Shown piece after piece: positions 19,812 through 29,840 of a DNA stretch of 60,776 nucleotides (position 1 is the first letter of the stretch; every line of letters begins with the position of its first letter). The notes under the pieces are model-generated. The model ran no database searches and had not been told where the DNA came from. It saw only the letters and a program-made list of their open reading frames with translations. The position numbers and the translations under genes were made by a program. This stretch comes from an uncultured archaeon (GTDB taxonomy: Archaea > Asgardarchaeota > Lokiarchaeia > Sigyniarchaeales > SOKP01): assembly GCA_964388035.1 (NCBI GenBank), contig CAYLZE010000017.1, positions 1 through 60,776 on the forward strand, given 5' to 3'.

Positions 19812-20729
19812 CTAAATTTTCATATCTCTAATTCTCGTACGCAGTGTTACCTCTGTAATTTTCGCAATCTCTGCAACATCCGATTGAGTTTTCTTTTTTT
19901 TCGCATTTCTCGCTGCGATATAAAGTGCCGAGGCGGCGAATCCCTTAGGATCCTTTCCAATTTGGGAAATACCTTTTCTTGTCGACTCTAAGAGAATCTT
20001 CAATGCTTCTTTTTGTATTTTTATGGAAAGATTCATTTCATTTCCAAATTTAAATATTAACGATTTAGCGGTAATAGGTTTATAGCTAAGATTCAATTCA
20101 GGCAAAACTTCTCGAATGAGAATTCCGATTGAGCGGACAATTGTTCTGCGTGGAATGACAGCTGCATCACTCAGATCTTCTAACAGTTTCGGAAATTCAT
20201 GCACTCTAATTGCTACGTATAGGGAGGCAGTAATGAATCCATCAATAGAACGACCCATTGTTAATTTCTTTTTAGCACACGTGGTATAGATCTTCCATGC
20301 GGTTTCATGAATATAATTTGGGATGTTTAATTTAGATACCAAGAGTTTCATTTTTGGTTTTGCTTCCCAAAAATTTCGTTCAATACTGGAGATTAAGGAA
20401 TTTTGGATTTTAGATAAACGGGTAAATAGAGTTCTCTGTTCTACATTAATATAATTACCTTTATAATCAATCTTTACGGAAGGGAGCATGGTTCTTGAAC
20501 CAAATTCTCTCCATCGCGGTTCGGTGCATTTCCTTTTGTCCACTTCTTCCTTACCATACGCCCTTCTCTCTTCTTCTACCATGAATAGATCAAACACCAT
20601 CCCGCAATTAAGGCACACTGAAACCCCATTCCGGACATCGATACAAGGAGAAGCACAACATCTCTCATCATTATTTAATTCTGATTTAAAATATAGCTTG
20701 TAATTATTCATGAGAACCCCCCACTTCAC
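19812..20729 (-). CDS. tfb: Transcription initiation factor IIB (TFB) family paralogue
   Basis: Zn ribbon CC...CLNCG and two cyclin folds with GRS...ASLY, GKDPKG.AASALY and TQ..VA..A.ITEVTLR.R. Probable start is ATG 20711. Confidence 0.9.
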   Translation of the reverse strand: MKWGVLMNNYKLYFKSELNNDERCCASPCIDVRNGVSVCLNCGMVFDLFMVEEERRAYGKEEVDKRKCTEPRWREFGSRTMLPSVKIDYKGNYINVEQRTLFTRLSKIQNSLISSIERNFWEAKPKMKLLVSKLNIPNYIHETAWKIYTTCAKKKLTMGRSIDGFITASLYVAIRVHEFPKLLEDLSDAAVIPRRTIVRSIGILIREVLPELNLSYKPITAKSLIFKFGNEMNLSIKIQKEALKILLESTRKGISQIGKDPKGFAASALYIAARNAKKKKTQSDVAEIAKITEVTLRTRIRDMKI

Positions 20730-20878
20730 ATTATTTATTATTTACATTTCTCATTTCTTGATCTCTTAACCTAATTAAAGAAAACTGCTTATAAATGTTT
20801 TTTCAAAGTTGTTTTCAATGTTCAAGAGTTTTAAAAAAAAGAGACATTCGTGGAATAAAAGAAAAGAGGTATTATTAT

Positions 20879-20902
20879 ATATATATCACTATATATATCA
20901 CT
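20879..20902 (-). repeat. 12-bp tandem duplication of a TATA-like unit upstream of tfb
   Basis: ATATATATCACT occurs twice in tandem (AGTGATATATAT on the tfb strand). Confidence 0.55.
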
Positions 20903-21588
20903 TTTTATCCTAAATTAAGTCATTTCAATTTTCAAGGAGTGAAAAATTATCAATACAAAAAGACGAATTGCAAATTTCCAAATATAAATAAAATTTCAAG
21001 CAAATCAAAAGGAGCTATTAGTAGACCTTTCTTGAATTTTTATAGAAAGTGAACGGGTTTCGAGAAAAAGGCACGAATAATTAAAAAAAAATGGGAAAAC
21101 TATTTAAGAGCGTATTCTTTTGGGACATTTCCCTTATAAAATAGCATTATACAAGAGGAAAAACTTTTAAAAAACTTTATTCATTTATAAAATAAATAAG
21201 AACTAAGATAATTATTCATTGATTAATTAAAATGAAAAAATGGAGAATTAGGGGAGTTTTAATTAAGTAAAAAGCAATAGAGATTACCAATAATAATTAA
21301 AAGCCACGACGATATAATCTAGAATTATGCGCTTAGAAGTTTAGAGGGCCGCAGAATTCATTTCTCGTATAAAAATTATTAACTAATGGAAAAATCTCGA
21401 ACTTTAAATTATAGTGAATGAAATTGTGTAAATCAGGTCAAAATTAATTTAAATTAACATTTTCATGATGCTCTATTTAGTTATGAAGTAAATCCCAAAA
21501 ATAAAAGTAATGCATGTCTTAGTGCTAAATAATGAGGGTATAATCCTAAAATCGTGATAAATTAATAGTTATTGGAAAGAGAATAAGC

Positions 21589-21912
21589 ATGATTGTAGAA
21601 AAAAGTGAGGCAACTCTTATAAAAAATAAAACGGAAATCATTCAAAATTATGTAGTTGATAATGACGAGAAGTGTTCCTATAATGATTTAATCCATCCAC
21701 ACTGTTATAAAATTGAAATATGTTTGAATTCATTGCTATCGCGTAAAAACATGTCTTTTCGGAATGTTGTAAGAAAAGTTGATAAAATTTTTCTTTTAGA
21801 ATATTTATGCGTGGTGCTGCAGGAACTAGACTTGTGGTCCAAGAAAATATGCAACCATGGTCATATTTGCGGAATCCTAAAAATGCTTAATTATATAGAT
21901 CTTATAAAATAA
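21589..21912 (+). CDS. Hypothetical Cys/His-rich protein
   Basis: 107-aa ORF with HPHC and CNHGHIC; no family recognised. Confidence 0.55.
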   Translation: MIVEKSEATLIKNKTEIIQNYVVDNDEKCSYNDLIHPHCYKIEICLNSLLSRKNMSFRNVVRKVDKIFLLEYLCVVLQELDLWSKKICNHGHICGILKMLNYIDLIK

Positions 21913-21953
21913 AAGGGAAATTTGCTTTTTTTTAATATTTTTTATTTAAAAAG

Positions 21954-22766
21954 TCAAAAATTATTTCGCAGTTTGCACTCGGTAATACATTTAATTTCCT
22001 CAACGCACTCTGATATAAATTGAACTCTTTTATTCCATTGTTCAAATGATTGAAATCCTCTTACCCAATTTTCATATCCTTCTCGTGATATTTCGGGTTG
22101 GTATTGGTCCGGTGTTTCCCATTCAAGTCCTTCTACTTCCAAGTATTTGGGATGCATGCCATGTTTCCATAGATAAAGCGGCCAAGTATAGTATATTCCC
22201 GATGGAGTGTGATTTAGAACATGTAACAATCCCTTCGCCAACGATTTAGTTATTATAAAACATGCGGATAACAGGTCTAATTTTTCTTTTAATTCTAAAA
22301 CATTAGAGCATAACTCGTTGATAATAACTTCGGTCATTTTTTGTGTTTTTGGATGAGTATCGAATGCTCGAGGGGAGCGACCAAGATGTAAGAAATCTGT
22401 CTTAGAAGATTCTAAAAGAACTTTTTTTAACTCCTCGGGATAATTCACGATCCAATGAATCAACCGATCAAAATCGGAATAAAATATTTTAGTAAAATGA
22501 ATATCTTGATCAAGATTTAGAGCAAGTTCAAGGGCAGCATTATACGTGTCAACTTGAGTTGTGCTAGGACTTTGTCGAGTAATAAAGCCTTTTTCTTCCA
22601 AAAATGCTATCGCTTTGGGTGAAGTCATCGGTGTATAAGAAATAACAACTTTCTTAAAATGTTTTTTAATGAAATCTAAGCAGGTGGAAGCCAGTATCCT
22701 TAACCTAAAGGAAGGATCATGATAAGTGGAAGCCAAAATGATATTTTCTTTTGAAAGGGTTGCCAT
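21954..22766 (-). CDS. Conserved hypothetical protein, possibly GT-A-like fold
   Basis: 270-aa ORF with YHDP, DFDRLIHW, RAFDTHP and GLEWETPD blocks; DxD-like DFD. Confidence 0.6.
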   Translation of the reverse strand: MATLSKENIILASTYHDPSFRLRILASTCLDFIKKHFKKVVISYTPMTSPKAIAFLEEKGFITRQSPSTTQVDTYNAALELALNLDQDIHFTKIFYSDFDRLIHWIVNYPEELKKVLLESSKTDFLHLGRSPRAFDTHPKTQKMTEVIINELCSNVLELKEKLDLLSACFIITKSLAKGLLHVLNHTPSGIYYTWPLYLWKHGMHPKYLEVEGLEWETPDQYQPEISREGYENWVRGFQSFEQWNKRVQFISECVEEIKCITECKLRNNF

Positions 22767-22926
22767 TATAATTTCATAGAGGGAAATTCACATTAATTAA
22801 TTTATAACTGGTTAATATCTACCTAAACACGTTAATTTTAAAGATCCCTTGGGATTACTTCTTATTTTATTGTTGATCAATAGCAAAAAATCTCATGTTT
22901 AAGGATAATGCATTAAAAATGCAAGG

Positions 22927-23238
22927 TTAGCGGACAAAATCTGGTTTTGTACCTGTCAGAGTGGTAGTTTCTTCGATGAGATCGCTCATGTTTACCCTGC
23001 AATAAGTAACCACTTTATCCAAATCTTGAAGTTTGGTGAAGGAACATTCCACGATGACATCCCAAGGCCCATAGATCGGACTAGCATAATCTATTTTCCA
23101 GTCATCTCCTGGTTCGGAAGATTCCATTCCTTTTAATAAATTTGCAATTTCCCATTCCTTCCCAATTTGCTTGAGACGCATTAAAATATAACCTTTGTAA
23201 TACATATTTTTTTTCACTTTATTTCCTATTATTTGCAT
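22927..23238 (-). CDS. Stand-alone Lrp/AsnC ligand-binding (RAM) domain protein
   Basis: YGPWDVIV...L.DLD...IEETTTL pattern with no HTH. Probable start is ATG 23205. Confidence 0.75.
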   Translation of the reverse strand: MQIIGNKVKKNMYYKGYILMRLKQIGKEWEIANLLKGMESSEPGDDWKIDYASPIYGPWDVIVECSFTKLQDLDKVVTYCRVNMSDLIEETTTLTGTKPDFVR

Positions 23239-23375
23239 TAAATTCCTAATTTATCATTAATTGTGTATTTAAAAAAATCTTATTTAATATTAATTGAATT
23301 CTTAATTCAATATTAATTATTTTATATAGTTAGTTGCCACCTTGTATAACTTAATGCATGTCGAGATAATAATTT

Positions 23376-25136
23376 ATGGATGAACAAGAAATAAAAAGAA
23401 TTCTTTGGATCGAAGGATTAAAAAATGCCGTACTTTTTGAGGGAATTCCCAATAAGAAGGCAATCATGGGAAAACTCATGGCAAGACGTGCTGATTTGAG
23501 AACTCAAGCCCCCCAAATTGTACCTTTATTAGAGGAAATTGCGATTCAAATTTCACAATTAAGTATTGAAAAACAAAAAGAACGCTTGTTAGAGTTAGAT
23601 GCAAATGCACTCAAAGAAGAAAAAAGAGGAGAAGAAAAAAAGACTTTACCCGAGCTCCCGAATGCAAGTAAAAAAGGGAAAGTAGTAATGCGCCTTGCTC
23701 CGTATCCTAGTGGTGCTTTGCACATTGGAAATGCCAGGATGATCATCCTCAATGACGAATACGTGAAGAAGTATGGAGGAGAATTAATTTTATTTTATGA
23801 TGATACCATTGGGAGTCCAAAGGCATTAAGGGATAGCCCGAAGGCAAAATATATTCTCCCAGAGGCTTACGATTTAATTAAAGAAGGATTGGAATGGTTA
23901 GGTGTAAAGTATTCGCGCGTTTATTATAAGAGTGACAGGTTAGAGCTTTATTATGATTATTGTGAAAAATTAATAAAGGATGGACTTGCTTATGCTTGTT
24001 TCTGCACTGCTGAGGATTTTAGAACAAAATATAAAAACCAGAAACGGGAATGTCCTCATCATGATCAATCCGTGGAGAGGAATCTTAATGAATGGAAGAA
24101 CATGCTTGAGGGTAAGTATGAAGAAATGCAAGTCGTCATTCGTCTTAAGACGGGCATGACCCAAAAAGATCCGGCATTAAGAGATCAAATCATAATGCGA
24201 ATTTCTGAGGCAGAACATCCTCGAGTGGGTACAAAATATCAAGTTTGGCCCATGTTGGAGTTTTCTTGGGCAATTGATGATCATGAAATTGGAGTAACTC
24301 ATATCCTTAGAGGGGCTGATCTAATAAAAGAGGATTTCATTGAAAATTTTATATGGGATTTTTTTCATTGGATCAAGGCGGAATTCCTTCATTATGGGAG
24401 AATCAATTTTCAAGATATTAAATTAAGCAAGACTGAAGCAAGAAACAACATTCAAAAAGGCGAGTATGAAGGATGGCAAGATCCCAGGACCTGGTCACTT
24501 CAATCTCTTGAAAAACGGGGAATACGCCCAGAGGCACTCAGAGAGTCCTTATTAGATTTAGGAATGTCCTTATCTGGTATTAGCTTTTCCGTAAATTGGT
24601 TATATGCTAAAAACCAAAATATTATTGATGAGCTCTCTAATAGATATTTTTACGTGGAAGATCCCATGCTTTTGACAATAGATAAGGTTCCTTTTGCAAA
24701 CATGACGGCAAAACCCTTGTTATTACCTTCAAGCCCAGAAAAAGGACATAGAGAAATTTCCATATCCACGGAAAAGGAACTATTGAAAATTTATGTAAGC
24801 TCTCTTGATGCGGAGATATTAGCTGTTAATAAAGTGATACGCTTGAAAGATCTGATAAATGTATCGATTAAAAAAGTTGATTTAAAAAATAGGAAAGTTC
24901 TTGCAACCTTTTTGAGTAAAGAGTTAAGCAGGGAATATCCCATAATTCATTGGGTTCCAGAAAGTTCCAATATACCCATAGAAATTTTAAAAGCAGACGG
25001 AACAATAAAAAAGGGATTGGGTGAGATCAATCTAAAAAATGTACCTCTAAACAAAACCATTCAATTTGAAAGATATGGATTCGTGAATCCTATTAAATGG
25101 AATGATTCTATCCTATTCTGTTATTTCACCCATTAA
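23376..25136 (+). CDS. gltX: Glutamate--tRNA ligase, archaeal type
   Basis: RLAPYPSGALHIGN, THILRG, LSKT, WQDPR and QFERYG motifs; archaeal N-terminal domain. Confidence 0.96.
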   Translation: MDEQEIKRILWIEGLKNAVLFEGIPNKKAIMGKLMARRADLRTQAPQIVPLLEEIAIQISQLSIEKQKERLLELDANALKEEKRGEEKKTLPELPNASKKGKVVMRLAPYPSGALHIGNARMIILNDEYVKKYGGELILFYDDTIGSPKALRDSPKAKYILPEAYDLIKEGLEWLGVKYSRVYYKSDRLELYYDYCEKLIKDGLAYACFCTAEDFRTKYKNQKRECPHHDQSVERNLNEWKNMLEGKYEEMQVVIRLKTGMTQKDPALRDQIIMRISEAEHPRVGTKYQVWPMLEFSWAIDDHEIGVTHILRGADLIKEDFIENFIWDFFHWIKAEFLHYGRINFQDIKLSKTEARNNIQKGEYEGWQDPRTWSLQSLEKRGIRPEALRESLLDLGMSLSGISFSVNWLYAKNQNIIDELSNRYFYVEDPMLLTIDKVPFANMTAKPLLLPSSPEKGHREISISTEKELLKIYVSSLDAEILAVNKVIRLKDLINVSIKKVDLKNRKVLATFLSKELSREYPIIHWVPESSNIPIEILKADGTIKKGLGEINLKNVPLNKTIQFERYGFVNPIKWNDSILFCYFTH

Positions 25137-25227
25137 ACTCTTTTTTCCAGCCCTTTAATATTTTTAAGGAATAACCATAAATCATTATAAAACTATTATT
25201 AATTTAAATCTTTTATTCTAATTAGAA

Positions 25228-26373
25228 ATGAGTGATCCCGAACATAATAGAAAAGAAAACTTCATTAATTGGATATATTGTCCTGTTTGCGGCGCAGAAA
25301 TCCCTGAAAGAGAAAAAAAAACTCGTTTTTGCGTTAACTGTGGATTAGATCTGGATTTTTTGCGAGAACATGGAGAATTACCTCCAAATTTTAAGAAATA
25401 TCCTCCCTCTCAATCGAATTTTTCCTACCCTTCTTACGCCCAATATCCTCAATATTATCGACCTAGTGCGTTTGATTTAAAACCAAAATTAACGGATGAT
25501 GAAATTTTAACTGATAAAGAAACGAGATTATGGGGTCCCCTTGCGTCTATCGGTTTTCCCATTCTAGGGTTTATATTAATGAATTTAGCCTTGCTAGGAT
25601 TAATTATTATTATAGCCTTTTCAGCAGTATTCACTTCCGACGTCGATGCTTTATTAGAATTTGTTGATAGTCCCTATTTTATCATCATGAGTACCTTTTT
25701 CGAATTAATATTAATCCTCTTTCCCATCCTAAGCTCGCGAAAGTACCTTGCCAATCCAACGCTGAAAAATAGCTTAATGCTAATGGGGTTCACCACTAAA
25801 GGGTATGATCGAACGGGTGTAGCGAAAGAAGTGTTAATTGGCATTGCATTTGCCGTGATTGGGATATTTCTTGTAGCGATCGTTTCCATCGCTACTGAAT
25901 TCTTGTTAGAATTTGCTTTCAATATAAATATTATAGAAGAAAGCTCCAATTCTCCAACTAATGATGCCGATATGCTTTTATCGGGAGGAGATATTTTGAC
26001 CTTAATTTTAATGATCGTAGTAATGATTTTAATCGTGGGCCCTTCCGAAGAAATTTTATTTAGAGGATACATGCAACGAGGATTGATGCGAAGTGTTGGT
26101 AAAAAAGCAGGAATTAGCATAACTGCTTTCATTTTTGGAGGGATACACTTATTAGCAGTATTTATTTTACTGCTTGTAAGCGTTTTTGACTTTATCATCA
26201 ATTTACTTTTAATGTTCTTTCCCTATTTAGCCATTTCTTTTCTTTTAGGATTATTATTCACATGGAGAAAGGGAAATTTAATTGCGGTAATAATTACCCA
26301 TGGTGTGTATGACTCTATCACTCTAATTATTGCTTACATCCTCATTTTTAACCCAAGTTTCACCTTAATTTAA
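25228..26373 (+). CDS. Zinc-ribbon-CPBP intramembrane protease, paralogue 1
   Basis: CPVCG...CVNCG, EEILFRGY, FGGIH and HGVYD motifs. Confidence 0.87.
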   Translation: MSDPEHNRKENFINWIYCPVCGAEIPEREKKTRFCVNCGLDLDFLREHGELPPNFKKYPPSQSNFSYPSYAQYPQYYRPSAFDLKPKLTDDEILTDKETRLWGPLASIGFPILGFILMNLALLGLIIIIAFSAVFTSDVDALLEFVDSPYFIIMSTFFELILILFPILSSRKYLANPTLKNSLMLMGFTTKGYDRTGVAKEVLIGIAFAVIGIFLVAIVSIATEFLLEFAFNINIIEESSNSPTNDADMLLSGGDILTLILMIVVMILIVGPSEEILFRGYMQRGLMRSVGKKAGISITAFIFGGIHLLAVFILLLVSVFDFIINLLLMFFPYLAISFLLGLLFTWRKGNLIAVIITHGVYDSITLIIAYILIFNPSFTLI

Positions 26374-26760
26374 TTCCTCCTGATAATAATAATAGCCGCC
26401 GCAACTTTAATAAGCTATTACATTTTACACCGTATAAATCCATGATATTAAATGAAGGCTGATTTTACTTAAGCATTTTTTCCTTTATATGAGATTCAAG
26501 CGACTATTTTGATTGGAACCAATTTTAGAGAGAACTTGCTAAGGATTCAATTAAAAAAGAAAAAGGATAAAATTCAATTGAAATTCTAATAATATGAGAA
26601 ATTTCTATTCTAAACGAATAACATTTATAAATTAACTAAACTATTATTTAATTTGAAATTTAAAATGGAGAAATGAGGTTATTCAATATTTTATAGGTTC
26701 TTTTTTAAATCAATATTCATATAAATCATTAAATATTTGGATAACTTTATTTAAATTATC

Positions 26761-28041
26761 ATGAGCGAACCCGAAAAAAATATAACTAAGAACGACATGC
26801 CCTGGAAATTTTGCCCCGTTTGTGGAGTAGAATTACCAAAGATGCAGGATTTGCAGTTTTGCATTAATTGTGGACTGGATCTTATTCATGTAAAGGAGCA
26901 CGAACAATTACCCCCAGGGTTTAAAAAAGGTGCTCCTATAAAGTATCAGTACACCAAACCATCTTCTTCAAGAGTCTCCCACGTGAAAGTAAGTTCTAGA
27001 TTATCAGACGAAGAAATATTTGGAAAGGAAGATAGAAAATTATGGGGGACTTTCGCATCCATAGGGTTTCCTATTCTTGGTTTTGCCCTCGTGAATATTA
27101 TTCCCGTTGCTATAGTGTTTTTTTTGGTTTTATTTGCTTCAGATATCAATAAATTAGCAGATGTAGTCAATAATCCCTTTTTCTCGCTTTTTTTAATCGT
27201 ATTTGAATTGATATTAATGCTTATTCCGGTACTACACACTCGAATTTATTTTACTAATCCATCATTTAAGAAAAGTTTTAGAATATTAGGATTTACTACT
27301 AAGACTTACGATCGCAGAGGGGTACTCAAGGAGATTCTTTTAGGAATAAGTTTTGCAATAATTAGCTTTTTTTTAGTTACGATTGTTTCGATAGCAACAG
27401 ATGCTATTTTTCAACCGTTGTTTTATATCGGGGGTGAAAATTCCATTTCGCATAATAATTATGCTCAGATTTCGGTTTCGAGTACCAACGTCTTGATTTT
27501 AATATTAACAATAGCGATAATGATGATAGTGGTAGGTCCATCGGAAGAAATCTTATTCAGAGGGTACATGCAAAAGGGATTAGTTAGAAATGTTGGCAAT
27601 AAAGTTGGTATCTCCATTACCGCTGGTTTATTTGCTCTCTTTCACGTTATTTTTTATCTTCTCGCGATTTTAATTTTATCCATTTTAATCTTGACTCTTG
27701 GTCCTCTAGGAATAATTTCTAACATAACAGACGTAATTGGATCTGTTCAAACAAATGCCGAAGCATTTGTTTTGGCTGTTTTTCCCTATTTATCTATATC
27801 TTTTCTGCTGGGACTACTTTTTTATTGGAGGAAAGAAAATTTAATCGCAAATACTATCACGCATGGACTATACAATTCCATTATTGCGATAGTTTCTCTT
27901 ATTGTCCTCGTCCATCCTGACGCAGATTTATCAATTTTCATTTTCTTTGCAGTCGTTTCTGCCGTAATTGTAGGATTATTGATCTATTTTAATCGCACAT
28001 ATATAAGAATTTATAATTTTTTCCATAAATGGATATCCTAA
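26761..28041 (+). CDS. Zinc-ribbon-CPBP intramembrane protease, paralogue 2
   Basis: CPVCG...CINCG, EEILFRGY, FALFH and HGLYN motifs. Confidence 0.87.
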   Translation: MSEPEKNITKNDMPWKFCPVCGVELPKMQDLQFCINCGLDLIHVKEHEQLPPGFKKGAPIKYQYTKPSSSRVSHVKVSSRLSDEEIFGKEDRKLWGTFASIGFPILGFALVNIIPVAIVFFLVLFASDINKLADVVNNPFFSLFLIVFELILMLIPVLHTRIYFTNPSFKKSFRILGFTTKTYDRRGVLKEILLGISFAIISFFLVTIVSIATDAIFQPLFYIGGENSISHNNYAQISVSSTNVLILILTIAIMMIVVGPSEEILFRGYMQKGLVRNVGNKVGISITAGLFALFHVIFYLLAILILSILILTLGPLGIISNITDVIGSVQTNAEAFVLAVFPYLSISFLLGLLFYWRKENLIANTITHGLYNSIIAIVSLIVLVHPDADLSIFIFFAVVSAVIVGLLIYFNRTYIRIYNFFHKWIS

Positions 28042-28895
28042 AACAATTTTCTTCAATTGAAGCAGATAAGGTATATAAGATAGGAATCGGATTAGGTAAT
28101 TCAGAAAAGCAAAACGAAAAAATCCTCGATATTTCGATTAAATCCACGCAAGCTAATAACACAATTATTAACTTATTTGGAACAAGAGAACAGATTAAAG
28201 TCCTTTCTCAAAAAATGGGATTGAATCAAAATCAACCAAAGCTTGTTTTAAAAGGAAGTGAGGATCCAGAAAAAGTGATTATTGAATCCTTAAAGAGGGA
28301 GGAAATCCATGCTCTTATCAGAGGATCATTAAGCTCCAGCAAATTTTTATCGAATTTAAAAACTAGCCTCAATATTAAAAAGCTGAACCGACTGGCTTTA
28401 TTAGAAACGGTTCAAGGATTCCAATTTTTTTATGGTCCTGTAGGAATTGATGAATGTAATTCACTAGAGTCAAAGAAGGATTTTATTACAGAAGCTATAG
28501 AGTTGATCGAAAAATTACATTTAATTCCTAAAATTAGTGTACTAAGTGGAGGGCGTGAAGATGATCTGGGCCGTGATGAGAGAGTAGATAAGACGATCAA
28601 GGAAGCAATACAAGTGGTTCAATATTTTAAGCAAAAGGATCCCAATTTAGCGATCTTTCACGATGAGATTTTAATTGAAAATGCGATTGAAAGGAAAGCA
28701 AATTTAATTATTGCTCCTGATGGAATTTCTGGTAATTTAATCTATCGGACACTGGTACATCTTGGGGGGGGAAAAGCATATGGCGCGATTTATATGGGGT
28801 TACGTGAGACTATTATCGATACCTCAAGGGTAGGGCATGAGACGGAAATTAATGGGGCTTTAAAGATAGCTCTCGCCTTATTAGCTCTAAAATGA
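28029..28895 (+). CDS. mtxX: MtxX / methanogenesis marker protein 4 family (phosphotransacetylase-like fold)
   Basis: IRGSLSS, PVGIDE, SGGR.DDLGR, APDGISGNLIYRTL and DTSR motifs. Confidence 0.82.
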   Translation: MDILKQFSSIEADKVYKIGIGLGNSEKQNEKILDISIKSTQANNTIINLFGTREQIKVLSQKMGLNQNQPKLVLKGSEDPEKVIIESLKREEIHALIRGSLSSSKFLSNLKTSLNIKKLNRLALLETVQGFQFFYGPVGIDECNSLESKKDFITEAIELIEKLHLIPKISVLSGGREDDLGRDERVDKTIKEAIQVVQYFKQKDPNLAIFHDEILIENAIERKANLIIAPDGISGNLIYRTLVHLGGGKAYGAIYMGLRETIIDTSRVGHETEINGALKIALALLALK

Positions 28896-28973
28896 TTTCT
28901 CAACCTCAATATACTTTTTTAACTTAAATTTAAATATCGTTTCTAGCTTGTTATTTTTAAGGTTATATTTATC

Positions 28974-29717
28974 ATGATTGAAGTAGAGTTTAGTGAAATT
29001 TTAGGTGCATTTTTCAGTTTACTATTCGTGGTATTTTCGTGGATTTTAGTTGGGTTAATGTTCGAAAGATATCATAGACATAAAGTACGACAACTTTTAT
29101 TCGTCGGTATAGCTTGGATTGGCATTTCAATGCCGTGGACTTCAGATGCTATATCCTTCATTCTTTTAATCACGATAGGCCAACCTTTAGATAAGTATAC
29201 TAAAGTAATTATAGAATTAGCATTCCTTCCCGTGGCGGTGATATTCTGGTTAATTGTTTTTAAAGATATCACCCTTAAAAAGATTAAACCTATTATTTTG
29301 GTCTATTTAATTATAGGAATTCTCTTTGAAATATTTTTATTTTTTGCCTTGATTTTTGATTTTAATTTAATCGGAACTTACACTCCACCCCTCGGAATTG
29401 ATTACAGTCTTATTGTAGTTTTATATTTAGTATTGATCTTGCTCACATTTATCATTGCTGGAATATACATAGCATTGAAATCCTTGAAAGCTAAATCCGA
29501 AGAAATAAGACTTAAAGGAAAATTTTTACTAGCAGCTTTTATTTCTTTTTTGATAGCAACTTTATTGGAGATTTTCCTTCCGACAATTGCAGTTGGAAAC
29601 ATGATCATCAAGATTATACTAATGTCAAGCGCTTTGGAGTATTATATTGGATTTATATTACCCGGTTTTATTAAGAATAGGTTCCTTGCAAAAGAGGAAA
29701 AATCTGTAGTTATGTAA
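28974..29717 (+). CDS. Stand-alone 7-TM membrane protein (paralogue of 38595-39329)
   Basis: Seven hydrophobic segments; shared GIAW, SLK...IR.KG.FLL.A and EYY.GF.LPG motifs. Confidence 0.7.
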   Translation: MIEVEFSEILGAFFSLLFVVFSWILVGLMFERYHRHKVRQLLFVGIAWIGISMPWTSDAISFILLITIGQPLDKYTKVIIELAFLPVAVIFWLIVFKDITLKKIKPIILVYLIIGILFEIFLFFALIFDFNLIGTYTPPLGIDYSLIVVLYLVLILLTFIIAGIYIALKSLKAKSEEIRLKGKFLLAAFISFLIATLLEIFLPTIAVGNMIIKIILMSSALEYYIGFILPGFIKNRFLAKEEKSVVM

Positions 29718-29840
29718 ACATTAGATAGTCATCATTCAATTCAAATTTATTTTACTTTATTGAAACTTTTTCTACATTTCATTATTAAATAATACAATAA
29801 TTAATTACTAAAAATCATTAGAAATGAGAAAAGATACGTC

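Noticed and set aside
20795-21052. 85-aa ORF upstream of tfb
   Set aside because: Low-complexity K/Y/I/F translation running through the TATA-like repeat; likely promoter DNA.
28029-28895. Evidence of methanogenesis
   Set aside because: A single marker gene with no mcr/mtr genes in the window is insufficient.
28974-29717. Microbial rhodopsin (7 TM with a Lys in TM7, NMIIK)
   Set aside because: No DxxxK or helix-C RYxxW-type motif, and the paralogue has Ser at that position.
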